Shown here: positions 8,450 to 17,497 of the stretch, in pieces | Layout: every line of letters starts with the position of its first letter | Position numbering within the stretch: the stretch's first letter is position 1 | NCBI GenBank assembly: GCA_031555915.1 | Contig: JAVBTZ010000058.1 | Span: forward strand, 1-50,035 | Length of the DNA: 50,035 nt | DNA from: Planctomycetota bacterium | GTDB taxonomy: Bacteria > Planctomycetota > SZUA-567 | Direction: 5' to 3' | Position numbers and translations under genes: made by a program | The notes under the pieces: generated by a model | Told to the model about the DNA's origin: nothing | Seen by the model: the letters and a program-made list of their open reading frames with translations, nothing else | Databases searched by the model: none

Positions 8450-9487
8450 ATGCGGGCGTATTTGTTGAAGCGTCTTCTCTGGATGCTACCCACCTTGCTG
8501 GTTATTACGGTAGCTTGTTACGGCATGATGCGTTTGGCGCCGGGGGATCCGGTCAAGACCAGTATCCTTGGCGGCGGCGGCGGGGGTGAAGAGGGGGGAG
8601 TGGGAACGCGGAAACCCGGTGAGAGCGCGGCGGCGCGGGAATTTCGGCGGCGTTTTTATTTGGATCGTCCCTGGTACGTGGGTTATTGGCATTGGTTGGC
8701 GGGGGACCGGGAGCGGGGCCGGGGTGGGGTGATTCACGGCGATTTCGGCGACTCGATTGTATTGAGTTTGGGAACGCCGGTGTGGAAGGTGATTTCGGAA
8801 AAGCTGCCGCCGACCATCAAGCTGAATCTCTGGTCGTTTTTGCTGGTATACTTGGTGTCGATATCTTTTGGCTTGTATTCGGCGGTGCGTAAGGGTTCGT
8901 GGGCGGACCGGACGATTTCGACCTTTTTTTTCATCCTCTACAGTTTGCCGGCCTTTTGGATAGGCATTTTGATGATTCTCTTGGTGTCGAAGTATCTGCC
9001 GTGGTGGCCGATCAGCGGGCTAACCCAGGAGGCGCTCCCTGACGAGAGCTACTGGCATTCCCTGGGCCGGACGGCTCTCCATTACGTAATGCCGGTGATT
9101 TGCATGAGTTACGGCGGCTTTGCCAGTTTAAGCCGCTTTACCCGCTCGGCGGTACTGGAGACGATTCGCCAGGATTTTGTCCGGGCGGCCCGGGCGAAGG
9201 GGTTGGGGGATTGGGCGGTGTTGTTCCGGCACATTTTCCGTAATTCCCTGATTCCCCTGATTACCTTGGCGGCGGCGTTGCTGCCGAGTCTGATTGGCGG
9301 CACGGTGATTATAGAGTACCTGTTCAACATTCCGGGCATGGGGACCTTGGGCTTGCAGGCGATATCGAGCCGCGACTATCCGGTGTTGATGACGGAGATG
9401 GGGTTGGCGACGGTCCTGGTGTTGGTGGGGATTTTACTGTCCGACATTCTGTATGCGGTGGTGGATCCCAGGATTACTTACGAGTAA
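8450..9487 (+). CDS. ABC transporter permease, DppB/OppB-like (orphan)
   Basis: MRAYLLKRLLWMLPTLLVITV..APGDP N-terminus. EAA-type loop SRFTRSAVLETIRQDFVRAARAKGL. Six predicted TMs. A Gly-run insertion (GGGGGGEEGG) sits in the first periplasmic loop. No partner permease, ATPase or binding protein is adjacent. Confidence 0.85.
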   Translation: MRAYLLKRLLWMLPTLLVITVACYGMMRLAPGDPVKTSILGGGGGGEEGGVGTRKPGESAAAREFRRRFYLDRPWYVGYWHWLAGDRERGRGGVIHGDFGDSIVLSLGTPVWKVISEKLPPTIKLNLWSFLLVYLVSISFGLYSAVRKGSWADRTISTFFFILYSLPAFWIGILMILLVSKYLPWWPISGLTQEALPDESYWHSLGRTALHYVMPVICMSYGGFASLSRFTRSAVLETIRQDFVRAARAKGLGDWAVLFRHIFRNSLIPLITLAAALLPSLIGGTVIIEYLFNIPGMGTLGLQAISSRDYPVLMTEMGLATVLVLVGILLSDILYAVVDPRITYE

Positions 9488-9613
9488 GGGAAGCGGGGGC
9501 GAATGACCTTGCGTAAGATCAGGTTTTGCCATATCATGTGTTACGCCAAACTGTATGTATACTGGCTACGGACTGAAATGCTGAAAAAGTTTATTTACGA
9601 CAAAGACACCGTG

Positions 9614-9669
9614 GGCACGGAGAACCGCGTTTTTTTGGATAATGAATAGAGGTGGCGGTTCTCTGTGCC
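9614..9669. repeat. 15-nt inverted repeat (hairpin) in the corA leader
   Basis: ggcacggagaaccgc - 26 nt - gcggttctctgtgcc. The single mismatch is a G-U pair in RNA. The right arm shares ggttctctgtg with the palindrome arms at 49891-50035. Confidence 0.6.
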
Positions 9670-9792
9670 TCGGTAGTTGAATTCACCTCAGCAACTGGTC
9701 GGTGGTACCAATCAAGCCGAAGCGCCGGAAGTTGGTTTTGGCGAAGACAAGGTACTGGTTCTTGGGCGTCTTTTCCCGACGGAGTCTCCGCC

Positions 9793-10776
9793 ATGCCTAC
9801 CGCCTACCGCCTTACTGCCGGAGGAAAGTTGAGCTCCGAACCGGCGGTATTGGCCAAGTCCGATCGGGAGATACTGTGGATCGATTCCCTAAGCCCCACC
9901 GACGCGGAACTGAATCAGCTGGACCAGCTGATGGGCTTCGAAGTTCCCAATCGCCACGACATCACCGAAATCGAGCTTTCCAGCCGGCTCTACAAAGAGG
10001 CCGACGCGGTGGTGATGGTGGCGAATCTTCTGCCTCGGGCCGAGGGGGTGATTCCGCCGCGGCCGGCGGCGTTCATACTCAAGCAGAACGTGCTGCTCAC
10101 CATCCGTTACGCCGATTTTTATTCGTTCGATCGCGTTTCCCAGCTCATACGCGCCGAACGGGAGATTCCGCAGACCCCGGTGGGGGTGTTCTGCCGCCTC
10201 CTGGAGGAAGCGGTGGCGGACCGGGCCGACAACATCGAATTGTCGATGCGGTATATGGAAGACCTCACCTCGCGCCTGTTCCACCGTCCCGGCTACGGCA
10301 ATGGGGAAAGCGAAACGGAAAGTCCGGAATTGGACGTTGCCCTTCGCCTCATCGGCCGGATGGGCGAGAACGTGTCGAACATTCGCGAGTCCATAACTTC
10401 CCTCCAGATGGCGGTGAATTTCGCCAGCACCTATGTGCCGGAGAGTTGGCTGGGTGAGGACCGGATGGTGCTAAATTCGATCAAGACGGACCTTATGGCG
10501 CTATCGGACGAAGCGTCGTTTTTCATGAGCAAGCTGTCCTTCAATCTGGACGCGGTATTGGGGATGATTAACATCGACGAGAATAAAATCATCCGGCTGT
10601 TGTCGGTGGTGACCGTGCTGTTCTCGCCGCCGATGGTGATTGCGGGGATTTACGGCATGAACTTCAACATCATGCCGGAGCTGCAATGGAAGCACGGTTA
10701 TCTTTTTTCGCTGGCTTTGATGGCTTTGACCATGATCGTTTCGGTGTGGTATCTGAAGCGGAAGAGGTGGCTGTGA
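9793..10776 (+). CDS. corA: Magnesium/cobalt transporter CorA
   Basis: C-terminal two TMs with the YGMNF (GMN) signature: VIAGIYGMNFNIMPELQW. ATG at 9793 (MPTAYRL) is preferred over the upstream track start at 9652. Confidence 0.9.
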   Translation: MPTAYRLTAGGKLSSEPAVLAKSDREILWIDSLSPTDAELNQLDQLMGFEVPNRHDITEIELSSRLYKEADAVVMVANLLPRAEGVIPPRPAAFILKQNVLLTIRYADFYSFDRVSQLIRAEREIPQTPVGVFCRLLEEAVADRADNIELSMRYMEDLTSRLFHRPGYGNGESETESPELDVALRLIGRMGENVSNIRESITSLQMAVNFASTYVPESWLGEDRMVLNSIKTDLMALSDEASFFMSKLSFNLDAVLGMINIDENKIIRLLSVVTVLFSPPMVIAGIYGMNFNIMPELQWKHGYLFSLALMALTMIVSVWYLKRKRWL

Positions 10777-10851
10777 GTGGACTTTTCGAAAAATCGGATG
10801 GCGGTTGGCCCGATTTTGGCGGAAAGTCGACTGTGAGGCGAAGGAGCGCCT

Positions 10852-12090
10852 ATGGCGAATTTTTTTATCGACTTGTTTGCGAAATCGGCCGCACTCTACG
10901 GCAGTAAACCGGCGGTGCACTGCCAGGGGGATTACCTGACTTACGGCGGTCTGAACGCGCTTGCCGACGCCATAGCCGGCGCCCTGCAGGGAGCGGGGGT
11001 GCGTCGGGGGGACATTGTCCCCATTCATCTTGAAGCCGGCCTGGCGCCGTTGGCGGGGATTCTCGGGGTCTGGAAGGCCGGGGCCGCCTTTTGCCCGGTC
11101 GGCACCGACGCCGAGCCGGAGTTGCTCCGGCAGATAGCCGGCGAATGTTCGGCCCGGCTGATTCTGGATCGGGCGTGGCTGGACGGGCAAACCCTGAACC
11201 AGGAGCCCCTGGTGGTGACGGCGGAAAACCTGCCGTCCATCGACGATTTGGCGATGGTCTTTTTCACGCCCGATGCGGAGGGGCATCGGCGCGGGGCGAT
11301 GATTCCCCACCGCACCCTTTCCCTGGCCGTTCAAGGCAATGCCCGGTCCTTTACGGATCAGGATGTGTTCCTGTCGCTGTTTCCCTACGATTACATCGGC
11401 ATGGTCGCCGACACGCTTACGCCGTTGGCCTTGGGCGCCACCTTGCATGTGGCGGCGGGCGGGGTGGCGGGGGATTTGCCGGCCCTGGTGCGTTATATCA
11501 AGGACAACGGCATCACTTTCGCCAGCTTGGCGCCGGGAGATGCGGCCGCTTATCTGGATCGTGCCGACGGCGACTTGAGGACGCTTTTTGTCGGCATGGC
11601 CCGGGTGGGGGGGCTTTTCAGCGTTTTTACCCGCATAGTCAATGTTTACGGCCAAGCCGAGACCTGCGGTCCGGTGACATCGGCCGAGATTGATCGCCCT
11701 TACCTGAATGCCCCCATCGGCGGGCCGTATGCGGGAACGGGCCTTTATCTTTTGGACAAGAATCTCAATCGGGTCAATGCGGGCGAGACGGGGGAGATCT
11801 GCCTATCGGGCCAGATTGCGAGTGGTTATTTGAACGATCCGGATTTAACGCGGCAAAAGTTCGTAGCCAACCCTTTCGGATTGGGGGAGGAGGACGGCAA
11901 GCTGTTTTTAACCGGCGACCTGGGCAGGGTGGATCCAGAAAGCGGAATGCTGTTTGTGGAGGAGAGGCGAGAACATGGTCAAAACACCGCCGCCTCCGCC
12001 CCGCGCGGCAATGAACTCATGCTCTCGCCCCCCTCCGGCGTGACCAACACCATGTCCTCGACCCGAATCCCGCCCGAGCCGGGAAAATAA
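10852..12090 (+). CDS. AMP-binding (adenylation) domain protein, degenerate and C-terminally truncated; possible pseudogene or pseudoenzyme
   Basis: Core motifs present: A1 LTYGGLN, A2 WKAGAAFCPVG, A5-like NVYGQAE, A6 GEICLSGQIASGYLN, A7 FLTGDLGR. The A3 P-loop is degenerate (FFTPDAEGHRRGAM instead of T-S-G-S/T-T-G-x-P-K-G). The whole C-terminal subdomain (A8-A10) is missing. The last ~37 codons are antisense to the convergent peptidase gene. Confidence 0.7.
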   Translation: MANFFIDLFAKSAALYGSKPAVHCQGDYLTYGGLNALADAIAGALQGAGVRRGDIVPIHLEAGLAPLAGILGVWKAGAAFCPVGTDAEPELLRQIAGECSARLILDRAWLDGQTLNQEPLVVTAENLPSIDDLAMVFFTPDAEGHRRGAMIPHRTLSLAVQGNARSFTDQDVFLSLFPYDYIGMVADTLTPLALGATLHVAAGGVAGDLPALVRYIKDNGITFASLAPGDAAAYLDRADGDLRTLFVGMARVGGLFSVFTRIVNVYGQAETCGPVTSAEIDRPYLNAPIGGPYAGTGLYLLDKNLNRVNAGETGEICLSGQIASGYLNDPDLTRQKFVANPFGLGEEDGKLFLTGDLGRVDPESGMLFVEERREHGQNTAASAPRGNELMLSPPSGVTNTMSSTRIPPEPGK

Positions 12091-13088
12091 ACCCCGGGCT
12101 CAACCGTGACAATATTCCCCGCCGCCAGCTCCTTGCCGGTCGGGTTAAGCCGCGGTTCCTCATGCACGACAATCCCGACCCCATGCCCCAAACCGTGGGT
12201 GAACTGTTCCCCGATTCCGGCCTTGGCCAAAAAAGCCTTGGCCGTGGCATGAACGTCCTTTCCCAAAACACCCGGGCGGATAGCCCCCAAACCGGCCATC
12301 CCCGCCCCGCACACCGCTTCATAACGCTTACGCCAGAGCTTGGGAATATCCCCCGGCCATAAAGTGCGGGTCGCATCGGAACAATAACCGTTCACCCGGG
12401 CGCCCCAGTCGACCAGGAGCATCTTGCCGGGGGCGATTTTGCCGTTGCCGGCGTGGGCATGCGGCAAACTGGCATTGGCGCCGACCGCGACGATGGTCTC
12501 GAAGGAAGGGTCGGAAGCGCCGCGCCGCCGCATTTCGTAATCGAGGTCGTTCCTGACGTCGCATTCGCGCATGCCGACCTGCCAATGGGCTTTTGCCGCC
12601 AGGAAGGCCTCTTCGGCCGTGCGGATGGCGGTGCGGATGGCTTCTACTTCGGCCGGGCTTTTCACGGCGCGCTGGCGGAAAATTTCCGTCGCGACGTCGG
12701 TCCAGCCGTCGGGGTTGGCGGCGGTTTTCTGCATTTCCTCGAAAAATTTCACGCGGAGGGAGGAGGGGGTGAAGCCAATTTTCCGCAGCCGGTTTTTCTT
12801 GAGGACCCGCCCGGTAAAGGCGGCGAAGCCTTCCTTCCACAGGACCGTCTCGCAGTCGGGCGCGGTCTGGGCGGCTTCCTCGCTATAACGCGAATCGGTA
12901 ATCAGCCAGGTTTTTCTTTTGCCGGCCGACACCACCAGGACCGAGTCGGAACCGGTAAAGCCGGTGTAGTAGAAAATGTCGGCCTGAGAGTCGAGAACCG
13001 CCCCCGTCAGCTTCATGGCGCGCAAATTTTCGCAAAAAACATCCAGGCGTTCAGCGGTTTCATTGGCGACGGAGGGTTTCTTTTTCAT
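11979..13088 (-). CDS. M24-family Xaa-Pro aminopeptidase
   Basis: Creatinase-like N-domain plus a pita-bread domain: LLVDWGARVNGYCSDATRT, HGLGHGVGIVVHE, VTVEPGVY, GIRVEDMVLV. Confidence 0.9.
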   Translation of the reverse strand: MKKKPSVANETAERLDVFCENLRAMKLTGAVLDSQADIFYYTGFTGSDSVLVVSAGKRKTWLITDSRYSEEAAQTAPDCETVLWKEGFAAFTGRVLKKNRLRKIGFTPSSLRVKFFEEMQKTAANPDGWTDVATEIFRQRAVKSPAEVEAIRTAIRTAEEAFLAAKAHWQVGMRECDVRNDLDYEMRRRGASDPSFETIVAVGANASLPHAHAGNGKIAPGKMLLVDWGARVNGYCSDATRTLWPGDIPKLWRKRYEAVCGAGMAGLGAIRPGVLGKDVHATAKAFLAKAGIGEQFTHGLGHGVGIVVHEEPRLNPTGKELAAGNIVTVEPGVYFPGSGGIRVEDMVLVTPEGGESMSSLPRGAEAAVF

Positions 13089-13107
13089 GGCCGATCTCCC
13101 GATTTGG

Positions 13108-13404
13108 TTAGGCCCCGCTGTCGCGAATGAGCAGATCCGCCATATTCACCATGCGCAGCAGATGGGTGACTTTTTGCGAAGCGTTGATGATTTGCAGTCG
13201 GCGCCCCTGGTCTTTGAGGCTGTTGTACTCGCGGAAAATTGCCCCCATGGCCATGGAACTGAGGACCTTGGTTCCCTTGAAATCCAGCACCAACTCCTCG
13301 AACTCGCTGTGATCCGCGACTTCATGCAGTTCATGGGCAAAGGCATCCGACATGGGACCGGTGATTTCCGGGTATTTTTTACCTACGTCCAGAACCAGGC
13401 GCAT
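13108..13404 (-). CDS. STAS-domain protein (anti-sigma-factor-antagonist / MlaB-like fold)
   Basis: 98 aa starting MRLVLDV, with AAAGGGGA upstream. LVLDFKGTKVLSSMAMGAI matches the STAS DLSxVxFxDSSG region. LQIINASQKVTHLLRMVNM matches the C-terminal helix. Confidence 0.75.
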   Translation of the reverse strand: MRLVLDVGKKYPEITGPMSDAFAHELHEVADHSEFEELVLDFKGTKVLSSMAMGAIFREYNSLKDQGRRLQIINASQKVTHLLRMVNMADLLIRDSGA

Positions 13405-13446
13405 TTTTCCCCTTTCTTCAAGGGAGCACGACGTCAATAGCCCGCG

Positions 13447-14349
13447 CTATCGCCGCGCTCCCGCCAAATACTCCTGCTTCACCTCCTGCAGCTCCCTTTG
13501 CACTTCCGGTATGGTCATGGGTTGATTGGTCTGCTCGTCGCGGATAACCATCTCCCGCGACAAGGGTAAAATGAAGGTGTCGGCGTTGAAAGGGGGCAGA
13601 CCGTTCAAATTGGTCTTGACGTTGCGGAGAATGCGGGTGGTCTCTTCGACTTTGTAGCGGGGCGGCTCGCCCGGTTTCGGCGGGGGAAATTTGATTTCTT
13701 TCCGCTCGAAGGACCGCACCTTCCAAGGCAAAACCTGCCCCGGCAGCATCCACAATTCCAGGGTCTCCCCGCCCTTCTTGGGCGTCAGGACAAAATGCAG
13801 GGTCGAATCGGTCCGGTTGGGAATCGGTTCCAGATAACCCGCGATATCGAATTCTTCCCTGAGGCCGCTGGCGGAGGTGACGTCCCGCCCCATGAGGAAA
13901 AGCCCGATAAACACCGCCAGCCCCTGCGCCTGCGAAGCCTGCATATTCGGCCGGAAAGCGCGGCGGCTGACCGAGCGCTGGCCGTTTCGGATGGCCTCGA
14001 CCTCCCAAATGTTCCTGCCGTCGACGATGATGAGCGTGCACTGTTCCGGCGGGAGCTGGGCCTGGCTGGCGCCGCGGTTTACCAGGCTCATGCGGGTCGG
14101 CGCTTCGAGACGGAGAAATTCGTAGGAACTGGCGCCGGCTTTCTGCAGGCCGCCGGCCTTTTGGGTGACGAGATCCGCTTCCATCCGCACGACGCCCATG
14201 GCGCCGTTGAAGACGTCGTTGATGGCCCGGTCGGTGTCCTGCGGCGAGAGCTGGCGTCCTCGGGGCGGTTCACCCGCGGCGGCGGTTGCCGCGACTAAAA
14301 GCAGCAGCGCCAGCGTTAGCGGGCTCGCCTTCCTCACTAATCCTTTCAT
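13447..14349 (-). CDS. LolA-like periplasmic protein (outer-membrane lipoprotein-sorting family), signal peptide
   Basis: MKGLVRKASPLTLALLLLVAATAAAG signal peptide. LolA-like landmarks: IIVDGRNIWEVE, LFLMGRDV..LREEFDI, LHFVLTPKKGGETLELWM, NADTFILPLSREMVI. Confidence 0.55.
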   Translation of the reverse strand: MKGLVRKASPLTLALLLLVAATAAAGEPPRGRQLSPQDTDRAINDVFNGAMGVVRMEADLVTQKAGGLQKAGASSYEFLRLEAPTRMSLVNRGASQAQLPPEQCTLIIVDGRNIWEVEAIRNGQRSVSRRAFRPNMQASQAQGLAVFIGLFLMGRDVTSASGLREEFDIAGYLEPIPNRTDSTLHFVLTPKKGGETLELWMLPGQVLPWKVRSFERKEIKFPPPKPGEPPRYKVEETTRILRNVKTNLNGLPPFNADTFILPLSREMVIRDEQTNQPMTIPEVQRELQEVKQEYLAGARR

Positions 14350-14425
14350 GCCATTCCTTCCTGAAACTTGCAAGGGCAAAATTGTCTAATTTCCGATCTA
14401 AATTGTCCAGATCCCGGCCGCAATG

Positions 14426-17400
14426 TCAATTATCAATTGTCACACTTCCCTTGGCCGGAATCTTTTCCTGCGGGTTAGGGGCGGCGCTGGTAGGATTATT
14501 GCAGGGACAGCGGTTACGCCAGGCCAGATACATGATGGCCGGCACGGTGAACAGGCTGGCGAAGAGGACCCAGCCAAGCGCGTAAATGGTCAGGCGTCCC
14601 ATGCTGGCGATGCCGTCGTAGCCGGAAATGGCTAACGAGCCGAAACCGGCGCAACTGGTGAGGGCGGTGACGATGAGGGCGCGACCGGTGTCGGCGATGA
14701 TGGTTTTGGCGCTGCAACCGGCCTCGAAGAAACGTTCCGTGAGATGGATGCCGTTGTCGACCCCGAGCCCGATGATAATCGGCACCACCAGGATGTTCAC
14801 GTAATTGAAATGGATTCCCAGGAACGACATGAAGCCCATGAGGTAGAGAATCCCCATAACCACCGGCAGCAGGCTAATCACGGTGCGGATGGGATGGCGC
14901 CAGAAAAAGATCAGGAGCACGGCGGCGCAAATGATGAAGACCGCCACCGAGACTTTGCGGAAATCCTCTTTCACGATGCCGGCGAATTCGTGGGCCAGGA
15001 TGGGCATGCCGGAGAGGACCGGTTCGTTATGGGTGCGTTGGGAATCGTTCTGCGCCATGCCAAGGCGCGCCTTGACGGCGGCCAGCCAGATGTCGTCGAT
15101 GGCGGGGTCGCCGGCCTTGGTGTTCCGGTCCATGGGGGGGTAGACGCTGATTTTGACCGCCCAGCCCTTGGGTTCGCGGAGGACGACCCGTTTCACCTGC
15201 TGCGACCAATGCAGATCGGGACTATGGTAGAGGGCGAGGAGTTGCTCGCGGCCGAGGACGTCCCCGATATGGGCGCGAATCGTTTCCGAGCGGTCGGCCG
15301 CCGGCGCGGCGACGGTGACGGGGAAGGCGAGGTCCTGCGGCAGGGGCTGGCGCAGGTCGACGATGCGGCGGCGCTGGGTGACGAAGCGTTTTATGTAACG
15401 CCAAAGGGGGGTGTCCTTGAGGTCGGTCGGGAGGAGGACGGCGTTTTGCTTGACCCGTTCCGCGTGGCGTTCGAGGAGGGCGGTGGTGAAGCCGAAGAAG
15501 TCGGGGTCGAGCCCTTCGTGGTCGAGGGCGGCAAGGAAGACCTGTTTGGCCTGGGCCAAATCGACTTCGCGCAAAGCTTCCAGCATTTTACGTTGTTGCG
15601 AGGGTGGCGGCAGATAGCGGAGAAAGGATTCGTGCGCTTCGAGGAAGGGGATTTCGATCCCCTTCCGGTTGTGCATTTTTTCCTTTTCCAGCTGGGCGCA
15701 GACCGTTTCCAGCCTGGACGCCTGCTCCACCGCTTCCTCCTCGTTGTCGCCGTAGGCCAGGAGCATCAGTGAATTCGGATTGCGGTTGGAGAAGGCCCGG
15801 GCGATTTCCCCGGCCAGGTCGAACACCCGGTCGGGCGGCCTGAGGACGGTGGTGCGTTCGTCGAAGAGCATGCGGTCGGGCCGGAGCCCGAGTTCGAGGA
15901 TGGCGGCCAGGAGGAGGGCGAGGCCGATGAGGGTGGCTTTCCAGGGGAAGCGTTCGATCCAGCCGCCGAGGTCTTCGAGGCCGAGGCCGAGGGGTTTCAG
16001 GGTTGAGGCGCGTTCGCCGGATTCGCGGTAGCGCCAGGCCAGGAGGGCGGGGAGGACAAAGAGCATGACCGGGGCGGAGAGGAAGATGCCGATGCCGGCG
16101 AGGACGCCGAATTCGGCCAGTTGGCTGAAGCGGGTGTAGCCGAGGGAGAGGAAGGCGACGGCGGTGGTGACCATGCCGATGATCACGCCCCAGCCGGTGT
16201 TTTCGAGGGCGATGCGGAAGGCGTCTTCGAGGTTTTGGCCGAAGGAGCGTTCGCGGATGTAGCGGTTGTAGATGTGGATGGCGTAGTCGATGCCGAGGGC
16301 CACGAGGACGGCGGCGAAGGAGGCGGAGATGACGTTCAGTTGCCCGAACATGATCCAGCCGACGCCGATGGTCCAGGAGACGACCATGACCAGGGGGATG
16401 CCGATGTAAAGGAGGACGCCGACCCGCTTGAAAACGAGTCCGAAGAGGAAGAGGACGCCGACGAGGCTGGTGGCGAGGGTGGAGAAGAGGTTGTTGTTGA
16501 CGTTGGCGGTATAGCCGACGGCGGCTTCGTAGCCGCCGCCGAATTCCATCCGGACCGATTTCCGCGCGGCCGGCGGGACCAGGCGTTCGTATTCGGCGGC
16601 GCCGACTTCGCGGATGTGGCGGGAGATGATTTTCGCGAAGTCGATGCTTTGGGCGGGCCGGTCGGGCTGGATGACGGTGAGGAGCATGGTGTTGTTTTTG
16701 TCGACCAGGTAGCTGGCGGCGGCGCTTTTGCTTCCGCCGGGTTCGACGCCGTATTTGTTCATGGCGCGCTGGAAGACGGTGCCGAGGCCGATGGCGTCGA
16801 GGAGGAGCATTTCATCCATGCCGTCGGCGGCGGACATGACGGAGGTGAGGCGGGTTTTCATGTTGGCGACGGAGTTTTTGATGGCGTCCGGTTGGAGGAG
16901 TTCCTTGACCCGGGGGATTTCGTTGGGGTCGAGGAGGAGGAGGCCGTAGGAGGGGAGGGCGTCGTAGAGGAGGTATTGCTTGTCTTCGGGGCGGAATTTC
17001 CGCGCGAAGGCGGAGCGGATGCGTTCGTCCTGGGAGAGTTTGTCGACGATGGCGTCGGCGACGCGTCCGGCCGTTTCGATATATTTGGCGCGGGCGGCCT
17101 TGCGTTCCTCCTTGGCCTGGTCGGTGCCGAGTTTGGGGTTGGCCTTCAGTTCGGCCGGCGTGGGTTCGCGTTCCTGGGCGTTTCCCAGGTGGAACACCAC
17201 GACCGCCTCGTCGACGGAGTCGAAGTCGACGACGGCGCGGGTGAAGTCGCGGGCGGCGGGGACGTCCTGGGGGAGCATGGCGGCGAGGTCGAAGGGGGCG
17301 TGGAGGCCGCCCCGAAAATAGCTGACGATCGGGGGGGTCCAGGAGAGGACGGTGAGGATGGCGGCGATCCACAATACCCATTTATAGCGGTGACAATCCA

Positions 17401-17434
17401 GCCACGCTATCTGTCGGAGGATTTTTTTTTGCAT
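14426..17434 (-). CDS. MMPL / RND-superfamily exporter (HpnN-like, two sterol-sensing-type 6-TM bundles)
   Basis: 1002 aa. Two repeats, each a large periplasmic domain followed by five TMs, with GIDYAIHIYNRY and GVDNGIHLTERF motifs in the equivalent TM of each half. No MFP or OMF genes are adjacent. Confidence 0.9.
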   Translation of the reverse strand: MQKKILRQIAWLDCHRYKWVLWIAAILTVLSWTPPIVSYFRGGLHAPFDLAAMLPQDVPAARDFTRAVVDFDSVDEAVVVFHLGNAQEREPTPAELKANPKLGTDQAKEERKAARAKYIETAGRVADAIVDKLSQDERIRSAFARKFRPEDKQYLLYDALPSYGLLLLDPNEIPRVKELLQPDAIKNSVANMKTRLTSVMSAADGMDEMLLLDAIGLGTVFQRAMNKYGVEPGGSKSAAASYLVDKNNTMLLTVIQPDRPAQSIDFAKIISRHIREVGAAEYERLVPPAARKSVRMEFGGGYEAAVGYTANVNNNLFSTLATSLVGVLFLFGLVFKRVGVLLYIGIPLVMVVSWTIGVGWIMFGQLNVISASFAAVLVALGIDYAIHIYNRYIRERSFGQNLEDAFRIALENTGWGVIIGMVTTAVAFLSLGYTRFSQLAEFGVLAGIGIFLSAPVMLFVLPALLAWRYRESGERASTLKPLGLGLEDLGGWIERFPWKATLIGLALLLAAILELGLRPDRMLFDERTTVLRPPDRVFDLAGEIARAFSNRNPNSLMLLAYGDNEEEAVEQASRLETVCAQLEKEKMHNRKGIEIPFLEAHESFLRYLPPPSQQRKMLEALREVDLAQAKQVFLAALDHEGLDPDFFGFTTALLERHAERVKQNAVLLPTDLKDTPLWRYIKRFVTQRRRIVDLRQPLPQDLAFPVTVAAPAADRSETIRAHIGDVLGREQLLALYHSPDLHWSQQVKRVVLREPKGWAVKISVYPPMDRNTKAGDPAIDDIWLAAVKARLGMAQNDSQRTHNEPVLSGMPILAHEFAGIVKEDFRKVSVAVFIICAAVLLIFFWRHPIRTVISLLPVVMGILYLMGFMSFLGIHFNYVNILVVPIIIGLGVDNGIHLTERFFEAGCSAKTIIADTGRALIVTALTSCAGFGSLAISGYDGIASMGRLTIYALGWVLFASLFTVPAIMYLAWRNRCPCNNPTSAAPNPQEKIPAKGSVTIDN

Positions 17435-17497
17435 TTTGATGAACCGAATCTGTAAGGATGACCAACGAAAATTGCGAAGGGGCGGCGGGGACCCGCC

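Noticed and set aside
10501-11655. 384-aa minus-strand ORF opposite the corA 3' end and the adenylation-domain gene; likewise 32066-33172 (+) opposite potD and 33879-35072 (-) opposite the Pro-rich gene
   Set aside because: Arg/Gly/His-rich shadows with no motifs. In each case the opposite strand has family-specific motifs.
16121-17455. 444-aa + strand ORF, and the 342-aa ORF at 14744-15772, opposite the MMPL gene
   Set aside because: Gly/Asp/Glu/Val-rich antisense translations. The minus-strand product has clear MMPL topology and motifs.
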